Source: Camelus dromedarius (taxonomy: Eukaryota). Taken from it: a stretch of 64,000 nucleotides of DNA. The translations under genes and the position numbers were made by a program. The notes under the pieces were generated by a model, which searched no databases, was not told the DNA's origin, and worked only from the letters and a program-made list of their open reading frames with translations. Where the stretch lies: assembly GCF_036321535.1 (NCBI RefSeq), contig NC_087437.1, positions 18,788,001-18,852,000 on the forward strand. The letters are read 5' to 3'. Below, piece by piece: positions 1 to 13,760 of this stretch. The first letter of the stretch is position 1, and each line of letters begins with the position of its first letter.

Positions 1-480
1 GAGCTAGGCTATCCAGTCTTAATATGTCTGTGTTCATCAGTATTTCTAAACTACACATTTTTATTCTTATTATTTAATGTTAGTATAAATAGAATACATT
101 TACAAATACTTAATATGCCTCTGTAAAACAAGTTTATTTATTATAAGCCAGATTTATTTCCACCTCTTTGAATGCAGAACAATTTTTTAAAAACACACTT
201 AATACATCAAAATGGCTTCTGTGGCTAACCTAGACATTGACAAGAATAATTCCTTTTTTGCTTAAGCAATTTTTCTCTTTTAAAATTTTTCCCAAAAAAC
301 AATCTATAATGCACAAAAACCTGGTACCCATCACAGTAAATACCCTGAAGAGGGAAAAAAAGCATATATCTAAAATTAAAGTGGTACAAATTTAAATAAA
401 ATATATATTATTACTAAAGTTTCCCCTCCAAAAAAAAAAAAACAAATTACTCTCCTAAGGTATTAAAAGACATAGCTCCA

Positions 481-1027
481 CAAGATAGAGCTCCTGCAGG
501 TCCTGAAGCACGGGCTGCAGCAGGTCAGCAGCCACGGCGGCCTCCGCGGCTACCTACGGATTTTATTCAGGGCAAATGATGTGAGGGTTGGTACATTAGT
601 GGGGGAAGACAAATATGGAAACAAATACTATGAAGACAACAAGCAGTTTTTTGGCTGTCACCGATGGGTTATATATACCACTGAAATGAATGGCAAAAAC
701 ACATTCTGGGATGTGGACGGAAGCATGGTGCCCCCTGAATGGCATCGTTGGCTTCACTGCATGACTGATGATCCTCCGACAACAAAACTACCTATTGCTC
801 GTAAATTCATTTGGACAAACCATAAATTCAACGTGACTGGCACTCCACAACAATATGTACCTTATTCCACCACTAGAAAGAAGATTCAGGAGTGGGTCCC
901 ACCTTCAACACCGTACAAATAAAGACAATTAAAAACATTTTAAACATGTAAAATGTGAGGCTTGCCATGTAATTGTACTTTTACTGCTTAGTATTAACGT
1001 CATTAAAATTGTTTGATTAAAAAAAAA
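481..1027 (+). pseudogene. NDUFA12: Processed (retrotransposed) copy of NADH:ubiquinone oxidoreductase subunit A12; reading frame 485-922 (145 codons plus stop), start codon ATG>ATA
   Basis: Translation from 485 gives [57 protein letters not shown]...WVPPSTPYK, the full NDUFA12 length with no introns. ATTAAA at 1002-1007, A tail 1019-1027, TSD aaaagacatagctcca (465-480) / aaaagacatagtttca (1024-1039), TT/AAAA L1-endonuclease site at 463-468. Confidence 0.96.
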
Positions 1028-1194
1028 GACATAGTTTCAAAGTATAAATTTTATATTATCACTCTATCATTCTCTTTAGTATAAGGTTCATCAATATTGG
1101 ACCAGATCCACAGAGGTTTTATTATTGAAATACTAAATGGTCCTTTTTATAATATGGTTTCACCTACATGTTTTTTCATACAGCTTGGATTTTA

Positions 1195-1355
1195 TATCCT
1201 TGGATAACTTACTTAAGCTGACATTCAGTTCCCTAATTTACGAATAAGAATAGTAACATCCACTTTGCAGAGTTACTTTAAGGATTAAATAAAATAGCAC
1301 AAAAAAAGCACCCTTCATAGCACTTGACATTAAAAAAAAAGTACTCAATAATTGA
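1195..1355 (+). mobile_element. MIR SINE fragment
   Basis: Degenerate MIR core (ccttggataacttacttaag...cagtttccctaatt...aaggattaaat...actcaataa). Confidence 0.55.
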
Positions 1356-4300
1356 TGACTAAATATTAATTTACAATAAACCCTTTTCTTTCCAACAAAA
1401 GGGACAGCCATGCCTCCTATTCACAGCATACAATCAACAGCCTTGTTTGCTTCATGTGAAAGGAATTAGAGCAATGCTTCTTAAAAGGTGGTCTCTAATG
1501 ACTTACAGGTGGTTTACTCACATGCATTTCCAAGATTAATTACAATTTCTACAGAAATCCCACAGGGCTGTGTTGTTCAGTTTTTCCCTTGGGTAACAGT
1601 TAATGGGAAGCTTCCAAATCTTAGCAAATACACTTTTACTTCATTTCTGCTATAGCATTACTTTTGTTAAATATTTATTGTTACTATTATCCTGCATCAT
1701 TCATTTTAGTATCAGCAGCTCAAAACCAATTCAAAGAGACCAAAATTAGAGGGGCAAAATGCAAAGTTACATACCTTACAGCAAAACAAAAACAATTTTC
1801 ACAACTGCAAAAAAGGTTCCAATAATAATGTTAATGACAATACAAAAGAGAGAAAGTATAATGAGCTACTACAAAATTCCTTCATCAAACTACACACTGG
1901 GCATTGAGTAATATCAATGGCATACAACATGGCAGAGCAACTCCTACCTCGTGTGTATATTAGCAGAAGTTTTGCTTTATGAAGGTCAAAATCCCTAGAG
2001 TGTCTATCAGGGTTCCTGAGGGAGACGGGTTCAATGACCTTTTATGTTTATTTATGAATGAAAAGCCATGGGACCAGAGAAATAATTTTTCCACTTAGCT
2101 TGTTATTTTTGTGAGCCATGATATAGAGTCAAAAGTGGCTGCTATATGCATTGCTCATGGAATTTAAGTTACCAACACAACATCCCCGTGTCGGTCTTTA
2201 CTTGTAGTCAATGCATTCACAAGTGATCTAACTATATAACAGCATCTTTAACTTTGGTCTACTACATTTGGACTTGAGTGCTTACATATTTTTTAGCAGG
2301 AAAAACTGCACACCACTTTTTATCACAATGACCTTCCCTCATAGTATAGTTAAAGCATTATGTTTTTCTTATGTGTGTAGGTAGATTATATTACCTATTA
2401 ATTTCTTTTCAATATACTAAAACAAGTATTATAAAATATACTACAAAAAGGGGGTTTGGGTATAACAGGGTTTAGAATCTTTGTTATAAACTATTTTAAG
2501 TTTCTTTATATACAGTCAAAGTTCTTAGAAAGGTACTTTCAAGAAAGGTTTTACCAATTAGAATTCCCATTATATTAATGGATGTATACAGTTTCTGTTA
2601 ACAGGACTGTAATAAAGCTTTTAAATCTTAGTCAATTATCTAAAGATATCTGAGTTAATTTGCATTTATCTGATTATTTGTAAAATCAAAAAATTTTTAT
2701 ATTTACTAGAATCCATATTTCTGGATGTGTTTGATCATACTAATGTAATTTATAAGTTAGAGGTCATTTCCCTTAAACATTAATAGTCTTTCTGCATTTC
2801 ATAGTGAATGATATCGCATGAAAATATTAGAATTCTGAGATGTAATTTTATTGCCTTGTTTCTTGCTTACCTTAGGTTTTGAAACTTTTAATGTGTTAAA
2901 GTATACTATCCAAATCAATCGAATACTTTGGAATCTTATAGAATATCTGCTTTGAGAATAATTCTTGTGATAAAATATAGCACTTAAATCTCTAAAAGAC
3001 ACCTCATAATAAAATCCTGTTTTCTAAGGGAAAAAAACTCCAAATACATTTAATCCCAAATACTCATCTGAAGTATATTTAAATTAAACTACAGTTTATC
3101 AGATAATGTAATGCCCTAAGTGGACTTCACAGAATGCAGAATATCTATCATCATGTTACAAATTTAGAAATTATATTTTTCCATTTTAATTGTATTGCTG
3201 TTATTTTTTCCTTTAAAAAACTCCATTCACAGCACACTCTGTGCACTAACATAATATATTCAGTATTCAAATAAAAGATATTCAGTTTTTTAAATAAATT
3301 AAATTAACTATTGTCACCCACGGTCCATTTTGGAGTATCGGTGCTTTTCATTTCTAATTGGTATGGTATTTTTCTCTATCGAGGATTTTTACGTGGTAAG
3401 GATTCAGGCCTCACCAAAGTCAGTAACAGTCAAGGCTAATTCCAGAGGACTGTCCAGAGGTCTGTCCATGGTCTGAGAATTACAATCTTGAAGATCACAC
3501 AGAGCAGCAGAATCTTAGCAGTAGTCTATGCTTTAGGACAGGTTTTGAAATGCAATAAATCTCAAAATACATGGGAAACACCAAACCACAGAGTGTTCTT
3601 CAATTCATATTTTTACTCTACCCTTTTCTTGCTCCTTCCACTGATAATTACTGAACAAATAGTAAGGTTTGAAACAAGCAATATAAATTAGCACTGTTTA
3701 CTTAAAAAGCTTTAGAGAATTTTAAATAACTCCCACATTCCCAACAACTTTTTAAGAAGTCATTATTGTCAGGAAAAAAATATAAATAGAAACTTAGATA
3801 CATAATCCACAATGGTACACCAATGGGGAGTGGGGACAGGGGACATCACAGGTATTATTTCTTCAGACCAAATGGGCTAATGAAAAAACTTAATCCAGCA
3901 GATTCTTAGGCCTAAAGAATGTTAATAATCTTCCTACAAAGATTATAAAATTTAAGTTACATCACCCCATTATTCCAAAATATGGTATACTGCTAGCCTC
4001 TTCAAAATACTCAATTTAAAACTATTTAAATGGTTTTGATTCAAATATTTAATTTTTTATTAAAAATACTAATTAATTTTTTAGCGTTCTAGTTTTCAGT
4101 CTGCCCTCCTCTATTCTAAATGTTCAATTATGCTTATCAACAAGAAAGAAGTAATAAATTATTCTAATTTGATATATATTATGAAGAAACATATATTTTA
4201 TCCCTACAATGTTGTCCCTTCACACTGTCCCTTCTCTTCAGCTTCCAAACAAACAGTATTTGGGAACTAACTGTCAAACCAATTTCAGTCACTGGTAGAC

Positions 4301-6284
4301 CAGTACCACATTTTAGTGTAAATGTGATTAGCTCCCTAAATATATCAATTTAATAGGATAAAGACCTGCTACCAACATCCAGTACAAAATACGCAGACCC
4401 TCTCTAGCCATTGAAGTCACAGCTGAGAGAATTCTCCTACATGATGGGCAAGTACTTTCTATTTTAAAATATTTTTCTCATTTAAAATAATATATAAACA
4501 AAAAAGTACCCAATGAGTTACTATAAAGCAAACCACCATCCAGGTCAAGAATTAGAAGGAATGCTGCCAGCATCTCAGTGTCTCCTTGGATGTTCCTTCT
4601 GGATAGCAACCCCTTCCCCCATCTCTCAGCACAACCATGACTTCCGTGCTAAGCGTTTCTTTGCATTTTAATCATTTTAGGTAATAGTACAAAAGTGAAA
4701 CAAATAATTCTGGCTTATTAGATACACTTTGGTACCTCTCATGGGATACACATTTTAGACAAAAGTTTCATAGTCTAGACAACTGCTTCTGTTTCTCAAT
4801 CCAGCAGTAATGGATCCAACAGACTGACTAGGGTGGATTTTTCTTTTTCCTTTTTTGAATGACAACAAATCTTCATCTGAGAAATGGTATTCAATCAATT
4901 CCGGTTCTTGTTTATAACAAGCGACATCAAATAATCAGAAATGACTGCAGAGCAAAGGGGACCCACACATAAGTGCTGTGAGGGTGAGTCATGAGCCAGA
5001 TTGTACAAGTGTGTAGTGATGCTGGTGAGTAACTAACCAACAGCCCTCACATCTAGGAACTGAACCAGTGCCAGAAAGCCATCTGAATGGCAAACAGTAA
5101 CACGAGAAGAATTTTAAATAGCTTACAGCTGTAGAAGAAGCACTACTCCAGGCTCTGAATCTTTTGGTTATTTCTGTCTGCCATCATTTTGAAAATAAGT
5201 TGTAATGCATAAAAATTAAAAGACAGTCCTAAAAAGCTAGCATTTCTCCCAAGCCATTTCAGGATATTACTCTTCTGCATACTGGTGTAAGTTCGGTCTA
5301 TGCAAGTATTTGTTTGTCTGTTTTAAAACTTTTCCTTGGAGACCAATTTTCCTCGTAAATTATCCAGCCATGAATGACAAAATGCTTCTGTGTGTAGCTT
5401 TTGTAGCCCCTTCACTACTGACAGTAAACAGAGAATACAAAAAAAAAAAAAAAAAACCTAGAAAAAATAGAAGAGGTATCTGTCCCTGATGCCAACTTTT
5501 CTTTCACTGTCTATTCTCTAGAGAACACAGTATATCAGGCGAGACAGGCTGATAGTATCATCAGTGCAAAACCTCCATCAAGAGAGAAAGACAATAAAAA
5601 TCACTGAAATTCAAGTTAATAAATATTTACTAAGTATTCATTCTGTGGAAGATGCCATATCACACACTTGATTGGGGGAGGAGAGGATTACAAAAATAAA
5701 ACTAAGCCATTTCCAACCCAGTCCATACCAGACCACTGAGGTCTGCAGAGAAAGACAAATGAGAGGAGGTCTTCTGTTTCACTCAGACAGTGCTCCTTCT
5801 TAGACTGCAGGGGAGAATAAAACAAAGGTAGTGAAGGCTTACATGACTCAACCTGCAAAGAACCTTAAACACAAGAGATGAGGATGGAATACTGAAAGGG
5901 GGAAGTATGGAGTGTCTGCTTAAACTTCACAGAGGGTATGGAAAGTAGTATTACCTGGGGATCAGGAGGCCTCACCTGAAGTGTTAAGGTCGCACCACAG
6001 ATTCACTGTCATGAAACCCCCTCACTGCCTCACTGCCCCAGCCTACAACCTGTGCACAACAGAGTAAGTATTGGGAGTTAATGTGGCCCCGAGTATAATA
6101 ATTCATCACGAGTCACTATACTATGTCTAGGTTCCCAAAAAGTCTGAAATCTTCATCTATTTGTGCTTCAAACTTGGCTTTTGGATATTGTCCTGTATTT
6201 AATTTATAACACTACCCTATAGTTAATCTATTAACCACTTATTTTTTCCAAAATAGTCAAGACAGTATTATCTCAAAAACTGCA

Positions 6285-6716
6285 TTTTTTTTTCTTGTGA
6301 TGAGGACTTCTAACGTCTACACTCTTAACTTTCAAATGTACAATACAGTATTATTAACTAGTCACCATGCTGTAGCATTACAACTCCATAACTTTTTTAT
6401 AACTGGAAGTTTTTGCTTTTTGATCCCCTTCACCCAGTTCGCCCACCCTCTACCATTCCCCTGCAATCTGGCAATCAACAATCTGTTCTTCGTATCTATG
6501 AGTTTGGGGGTTTTGATTATCTCTTTGATTGTTTGTTTGTTTGTTTGTTTGTTTGTTTGTTGTTCGTTCTAGATTTCGCATATAAGTGAGATCAAATGGT
6601 ACTTGTCTTTCTCTGTCTGAATTATTTCATATAGCATATTGACCTCGAGGGCCATCCATCCACGTCGATGTGAAAGGAAAGACTTCCTTTTTTATAGCTA
6701 AATAACTTTCCATCAT

Positions 6717-6763
<47 letters not shown>

Positions 6764-7095
6764 ACAATTTATCTTTTCATCCATCGGTGGACATTCAGGT
6801 TGTCTCCATATCTTGTCTACTGTAAACAATGCTACAATGAACGGGGACTTAATATATCTTTTGGTGTTTTCACTTCCTTCAGATAAATATGCTGGATCCA
6901 GAAGTAAAAATGCTAGATCATATGATAGATCTATTTTTAACTTTTTGAGGAACCTCCAACTATATCTCACAGTGGCTGCACCAATTTACATTCCCACTAA
7001 CAGTGCAAAGGAGGTGCCCTTTTCTCCACACACAACACTTATTTTCTGCATTTAGGGTTTTCTCCCATTCGGTAGGTTGCCTTTTCACTTGCTAA
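6285..7095 (-). mobile_element. L1 3' region (L1MA-like), degenerate
   Basis: Antisense L1 3'UTR and ORF2-end motifs; ORF 6713..6970(-) reads [14 protein letters not shown], typical of the L1 ORF2 C-terminus. Confidence 0.85.
6716..6760. repeat. (TG)n microsatellite within L1
   Basis: Visible gt run. Confidence 0.95.
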
Positions 7096-7129
7096 CTCTT
7101 ACAACACTTGTTTGTGAGATGCTCATTCT

Positions 7130-7389
7130 AAGAGCCATGTGTAGGTGTTCTGACCAACCCCAAATGACTGCCAGCACCAACAGCTAGATTTCTTAGTGAC
7201 TAGGCCTTCACAACTCCAGCCCTCAGACTTTGAGATGCTCCATCTGAGGCTCAGGTATCATGAACTAGAGAAGCTGACTCTACTGTGCCTTATTCAAGTT
7301 TCTGACCACAGAGCAAAGGCATAACAAAATGTGTGTTTTACACCACTGAGTTTTGGGATGGTTTATTACAGCAATAGATAATTGGAGCA
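7130..7389 (+). mobile_element. MaLR LTR fragment (MLT1H-like)
   Basis: MLT1-type 3' end: ccactgagttttgggatggtttattacagcaatagataattggagca. Confidence 0.65.
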
Positions 7390-8338
7390 TGATATATTAG
7401 GTTAAGAATATAAATTATACTACAGCCAAGAACTGATTCATTTGTTTCTTTAAAAAAAAAAATACACACACACACATACATTTCCCTAAATATATTTTTT
7501 CTCAAGGGCATTTCTGATAAAAATTTTTTCTATTCATATACAAATAGCTTCAGTATATATTAGTAAACAAGTTACCCTATGAAATTATAATCACTGAGAC
7601 CAAAATTCTACTAAAATTGAAATGGAACTGAGAAATAAAAGCTAAAATTAAATTACCAGTGGTAACTACCATGCTAATGTCATTTCCCTCAAAAAAGGAG
7701 GTATATGTTCAATAAATTTTTAAACACATGTAAAAATGAAATTTCCATTACCCAACTTCGCTCTATCAAACTTACAAAAACTATCAAAACAATTTTCTTG
7801 AAATCATAACTGCTGAAACAGAGGTCAAATTTATGAATAAACTGATACAAGCTCTAGTCAGCTTCCTTAATTAGATGTTTATATGTAAAATTCTTATGTT
7901 TTCCAAAGAAAATGTAGAATATTTAAACAAGTTCTTAATTCAGTATTTCAAAACCAACTAATATATTTGTCTACAACTTGGCAGGAACACATAACCTCAG
8001 AATTATTTCACCTTCCATAATAAGCTTCCATTCACAATAAGACCATGATGAGGTTTGTACCTAGGACCTGGATAAAGTTATAGAGCTTTAAGTAGCCTGG
8101 CTGTGAAAACAAGGAATCTTAACAGTGATGAAAAGCAGCTTTATCACCTCATATTCCTTAAAAACTGCACTGGAAAAAGGTGAATGAAGACATAGTGAAA
8201 AACATTTTCCTTGTACCTTTTAAGGTGAATCACTAAGAAATAAGGATGTGTGTGTTATAAATCTTCTCAATATAGATCCTTTATTTTATACCTTAAGAAC
8301 TAAGACCTACAGAAATAAGACGACTTTCCCAAGGCCAC

Positions 8339-8722
8339 TGTGGCAGAGACCACTTTTCTCCTTCCACAGTTATGGGATTGTGGCTGTGTACTTGGCACAC
8401 TAGATATTCCAACCTCCTGAACAGAAAGAATGATCATATACTAAGTTCTTTCCAGTGGAATGTTAAATGGAAATGACTTGTGCCACTTCAGGTGAGGGCT
8501 TTGAAGACAGCTGATGTGCCTCCTGTACCTCCTCTTTCCTCTTCTACTGGTCAAAAAGGATAAAAGAGTCATGAGATGAAAGAAACCACCTGAAAGAGAA
8601 CCACCTACCAAAGAGGAACATTCACCATGGACTATTTCATGAGTGAGAAATAAAAATCTATTGTGTCTGAGGCATTATTCATTTTCAGTCTGTTACAGGA
8701 ATTTGGACTTCACTTCAAATAC
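8339..8722 (+). mobile_element. MaLR LTR (MLT1J-like)
   Basis: Starts tgtggcagagac; internal ccagtggaatgt...tgtgccacttc; gagtgagaaataaa poly(A) signal; ends aataca. Confidence 0.65.
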
Positions 8723-8762
8723 ATAGTTTAGGTAGTTGCATGGCCATTATTAAAACTCATGC

Positions 8763-10360
8763 GTGAACACAAAAGACCCCAAACAGCCAAAACAATCTGC
8801 AGAAAGAACAAAGTTGGAAGTATCGTGCCCCTTTATTTCAAGTTACATATACTGCAAAGCTACGGTAATCAAAATAGTATGGACTAGCATAAAAACAGAC
8901 ACAGATCAAGGGAAAAGAACAGAGAACCCAGAAATGAACTCACACTTATACAGTCAATTAATCTATGACAAAGGAAGAAAGGATATACAATGAGGAAAAG
9001 AAAGCCTCTTCAATAAATGGTGCTGGGAAAACTGAACAGCTACATGTAAAAGAATCAAACTGGACTACTTTCTCACACCATATACGAAAACAAACTCAAG
9101 ATGGATTAAAGACTTAAATGTATGACCTGAAGCCATAAACTCCTACAAGAAAACATAAGTTGTGCACTCTTTGACATTGGTCTTAGCAATATTTTGAGGG
9201 GTACGTCTCCTCAGGCAAGGGAAATAAAAGCAAAAATAAACAAGCAAGATACATCAAACTAAAAAAATTTTGCACAGTGAAGGAAACTATTAATGAAACA
9301 AAAAGGCAACCTACCAAATGGGAGAAGATACCAGAAACGATATATCCACTAAGGGGTTAACACCCAAAATACAAACTCATACAACTCAACATTTAAAAAA
9401 AAAAAAAAAGCCAACCAACCCAATCACAAAATGAGCAGAGAACCTGAATAGACATTTCTCCAAAGAAGACACACAGATGCAAACAGACACATGAAAAAAT
9501 GCCCAAGATCGGTGATCATCAGGGAAATGCAAATCAAAACTAAGAGATACCACCCTGCACCTGTCAGAATGGCTATCATCAAACAAAAAAACAAATAACA
9601 AGTGTTGGCCAAGATGTGAATTAGAGGGAACCCTCATGCACCGTTGGTAGGACTGGAAACTGGTGCAGCCATTATTGGAAAACAGTATGGAGATTCTGCA
9701 AAAGATTAAAAATAGAACTGTCATATGAGTTAGCAATTTCACTTTGAGGTATTTACCCAAAACAAAAACAAAAACATTAATTCAAAAAGATATATGTACT
9801 CCAATGTTCACTGCAGCATTATTTACAACAGCCAAGATATGGAAGCAACCTAAGTGTCCAATGATAAAAAAAAAAAATCAATAAAATAGAAGTGATGTCT
9901 GCATCTATAATGAAATATTACTCAGCCATGGGGGGATCCATTTTCGACAACACGGATGGATCTAGTAGGTACTACAGTAAGTAAAATAAGTCAGACAGAG
10001 AAAGACAAATACTTCATGGTCTCACATGCAGAATCTAAAAAAAAGAACAAAAACAAAATGAAAACAGACTCACAGACACAAAGAATAGGTGATTGCTAGA
10101 AGGGAGAGGGGTGGGCTGATAGACAAAAAAAGGGGGATTAAAAGGTACAAACCTCCAGTTATATAATAAATGACCATGGGCATGTAATACACAGCATAAG
10201 GGAATATGGTCAATAATACTTAGTAACTTTGTATGGGGACAGATGGTTACTAGAGTTATCCTGGTGATCATTTCATAATGTATGTATATGTCAAAACCTT
10301 AGGAAGTTCACTTGAAACTAACATAATATTGTACATCAATGTTTCAATTAAAAAAAAAAA
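8763..10360 (+). mobile_element. 5'-truncated L1 (ORF2 3' part, 3'UTR and A tail)
   Basis: ORF2 motifs (YCKATVIKIVW, ENPEMNSHLYSQLIYDKG, aataaatggtgctgggaaaac) with many stops; A tail ending at 10360. Confidence 0.93.
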
Positions 10361-10573
10361 CCTAGCATATGCTCCCTCAGTTACAATCAGTCCAATGGTC
10401 TGTATTTTCCTTACCACCCTTCTCCATCCAAACAGAAAACAGAAATACAAACAGGAGTCAGGGAACAACACTGATGAGGCTACTGTTATGACTACCCAAA
10501 TCATTCACTATTTAAACTCAACAGCTTTTATCCTTGTTTATCACTTTGCACAATGTGTTTTTTAATCTCCTAG

Positions 10574-10782
10574 CAGATACTGACTGGTATATATAAAACA
10601 GATAAACAAGTTTATACTTACTGTATAGCACAGGGAACTATATTTGATATCTTGTAGTGGCTTACGGTGAAAAAGAATATGAAAATGAATATATGTATAT
10701 TCATGTATGACTGAAGCACAGGGCTGTACACCAGAAATTGACACAACATTGTAAACAGACTATACTTCAATTAAAAAAAAAA
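10574..10782 (+). mobile_element. Short lineage-specific L1 3'-end insertion
   Basis: ctgtatagcacagggaactatatt...gactatacttcaatt plus A tail; flanking repeat aatctcctag (10564-10573) / aacctcctag (10783-10792). Confidence 0.85.
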
Positions 10783-11199
10783 AACCTCCTAGTAGAAATG
10801 GACATATTGACAGCTCTCTTTCTCCTCCTGTCTAGTCATCTGACTAAAATTACTGTATTTTTCATAAATAAGTGTAGAGACACAAAGTATGTGAATCTGA
10901 GGTGGATTAAGATAAGAGTGCTTTCCAAGGGGAGGGGGTACTTTAACACAGACTTGAAGGAAGAAAGAAAATTGGCTAGGCAAAGGGAGAAAGAACATAT
11001 GCAAAGACCTAAGAAACCTTAAATACCTGAGGAATTCAAAGACTATCATTTGGAACACAGAGACAGAAAACAGAGGCGGAATGGTCATGGAGGGAGCTGG
11101 CCAAATCCGCATTCCGATAGGCCATATTAAGGTTATTGCTCTTGATGCAAAAAATAAGAGGAGGTTCAATGAAGAATGTTAATTAAACAAGTGAATAAA

Positions 11200-11970
11200 A
11201 ACTGATCAACTAAACAATTTTTATAAATTGTGAGAAAATGAATATGCAAAGAACATGAACCCAATTTTAAAAATGGGTAAAATAATTAAACAAATTTCAC
11301 AGAAACCCAAAATCCCATAAACATATGGTGGTGGGGGGTGGGAGTGGGGTTAAGTTGTTCAACCTCCTTAGTCACCAAGGAAATGAAAATTAAAACCACA
11401 GTGAGATAACATGTCAGAGATCACTGCTGGTGGGAGAATAAACTGATTCAAAGCTTCTTCCAAAGAATTTGGCATAAAAATTCCATTATCAGGTATATAT
11501 CCTAGGAAAACTCTTATCTGAAGTTGTCACACGTACATGGGTAGTCAATATGAAAATTATCATAATATCCAAAAAAACACACAACCTAAATGTACATTAA
11601 TAGAATGAATCAATAAATTGTATATTCTACAATATAGGAAATTAATAAAATACAGCTACACTCATCTGCATGAATGAACCTAACAATGTTAAGAGAAACA
11701 AATCAAAAAAGAATATGCACAATGTGGTTCCATTTACTTAAACAGAAAGTCAAATATTGTTCAGATACAAACATAAGTGGCAAAGTTATAAAGAAAAGAA
11801 AACAACCGAAAATTCAGCAAAGTGTAGCCTGGGGAGAGAGAGAAAGATACGATAGAGGAAGGCACGTACAACTGGCCTGGCCGTTAATGCAGAGTTCATT
11901 TTTTATCATTCTTTAAATTATAAATTTAAGTTCTCATGTGTGGTCTTCTGCACAAATGCCAAATTTCACA
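11200..11970 (+). mobile_element. Old L1 (L1ME-like) fragments
   Basis: Degenerate L1 motifs (gaaatgaaaattaaaaccacagtgagata; gctggtgggagaataaactg; caacctaaatgt). Confidence 0.6.
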
Positions 11971-12408
11971 TTTTTTAACGGACTAACAGTGATAACATAT
12001 ATAAAGCCCCTCGGCAGCATCTGGCACAGAGAATCCATTTGATGGGAACCCATTCCTCATTTTACTGCACCTCTGATCTCAGTGTTGGAGATAATCAAAC
12101 CCAAGCTCCAGACTTTTTCTGTAACCCACAGTTGCTTCTCTTCCAACACAGCACTATTCCCACCTAAGAATCCTGACCATCCTCATGCCCCTACTGCTTC
12201 TCCTTATAACCTTTGCCTTTACCTCTAGACTCTAGGAGGGAAGTGACATTAGCAGCTAAAGCAAGGAGTTGTGATCCTGCCAAACTATACTCCTGCCACC
12301 CTTGCTGAAATCTAGACAATGAGTTCCTCAATGCCAGGGACAGGCTCTTTCATCTTTGGGGTTCTGCACAGCACCTGATACAGAACCTCAGTAACTATTG
12401 GCCAAATG

Positions 12409-12520
12409 ATGAATTAATAAACACATACATTACAGAGTTAAGCTACTAGCGGAAAATAAGATTAAAGTTTAAAATCAGGCAGGTGATTCCTCATGTTACC
12501 TAGGCCCCTTTACAGTTTTA
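12409..12520. repeat. 112-bp segment, putative donor of a local duplication (copy at 13649-13760)
   Basis: Ungapped alignment with 6 mismatches in 112 bp, offset 1240. Confidence 0.95.
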
Positions 12521-12763
12521 AAGAAGCCTCTCTTGGCTGCTCAGGAACAACAGAAAGACAATTCCAAAGTCACCTGAAAATCTTGGCCCACAAAAATAGT
12601 AGCTCTATAGTCATCAGCTGTATATAATAATCTCCATTCATTAATAATTCTTGCAACTCTGAATAAAAAAGTTAGAGCTTTCTTCGAGGTAACATAAATG
12701 ATTCTGTTTTGATTTTTACTATTATAAATTTTATTTTTAAAATTATAATTAAAATGTACTCTA

Positions 12764-12912
12764 GGGAATGGGTATCACTCAGTGGTAGAGTGAGTGCTTA
12801 GCATGCACAAGGTCCTGGGTTCAATTCCCAGTACCTCAGTTAAAATAAGTAAATAAATAAACCTAATCCCCACTACCAAAAAAATACCCAAAATAAAATG
12901 AAATGAAAAAAA
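12764..12912 (+). mobile_element. tRNA-Ala-derived camelid SINE (Vic-1 type)
   Basis: ctcagtggtagag...cttagcatgcacaaggtcctgggttcaattcccagtacctc, A-rich tail; TSD aaaatgtactcta (12751-12763) / aaaaggtactcta (12913-12925). Confidence 0.92.
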
Positions 12913-13648
12913 AAAAGGTACTCTATGTATAACACATAAAACTAATTCATCCTCTACATAAACAAAACAATGATATTTAATAACATACATGACTGTTCAG
13001 TAAGCTCTTATATTGGAAAATTATTGAGATCAACAAGGCAGCCATTTATGTTGCCTTTTATATACTACTTCCTCTGTCATGAGGCAGTCAAAAGGCTAAG
13101 TGAGATGCTTGCAGCAAAGAAAACAGTTTTGAAAGGTCATACTATGCAAACAGCCAGAATTTCTTTCACAATATCCTTACTGTCTATGGCAGACTATATG
13201 ACAATCTAACCAGTTATGTTCTGAGTAAAAGCAAAAAGCACATTATGAAAGGAACAGAAACAGTAGGCACTAAACAATATAATCTTTATGAACATTTTTC
13301 TAATGCATAAACATCCACTGCATATTAGAAAAAAAAATTCTAAGGCAAAGACAAAGAACTGGAGGAAGAGGAACTAGTCAAAACTGGAAGGCAAGTTTAA
13401 ACCACTCAGTTTACTCATAATGTTCATATAACATTGTAAGAAGCTTCTAAAGTAAACTTTTTCAAATGTAAACGTGATTTACTAAGGAAAAGCACAATTA
13501 TAACAATATTGAAGCCAATGAATATGATCTACTTCAGAATTTCCAAATGTTAATGACAACTGCGAAAGAGGTACAAAGCTCCAAAAACCTCTCTGCAGGA
13601 GCTGCAATCCCATCAACATTTTTTTCCCTTAATAACTTTTATTGGTCT

Positions 13649-13760
13649 ATGAATTAATAAATATATACATTACAGAGTTAAGCTACTAGTGGAAAATAAG
13701 ATTAAAGTTTAAAATCAGGCTGGTGCTTCCTGATGTTACCTAGGCCCCTTTACAGTTTTA
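13649..13760. repeat. 112-bp inserted copy of 12409-12520
   Basis: Matches the donor; bracketed by ttttattggtctat (13637-13650) and ttttactggtctat (13756-13769). Confidence 0.95.

Noticed and set aside
581..922. 113-aa ORF as a functional NDUFA12 gene
   Set aside because: It starts at an internal GTG; the real start (485) is ATA; intronless with poly(A) and TSD, so a retrocopy.
5330..5480. Minus-strand acceptor ctcttctattttttctAG near 5457 as exon 3
   Set aside because: Followed at once by a T18 run; splicing from exon 2 would give only a 20-aa peptide; no convincing donor or ORF.
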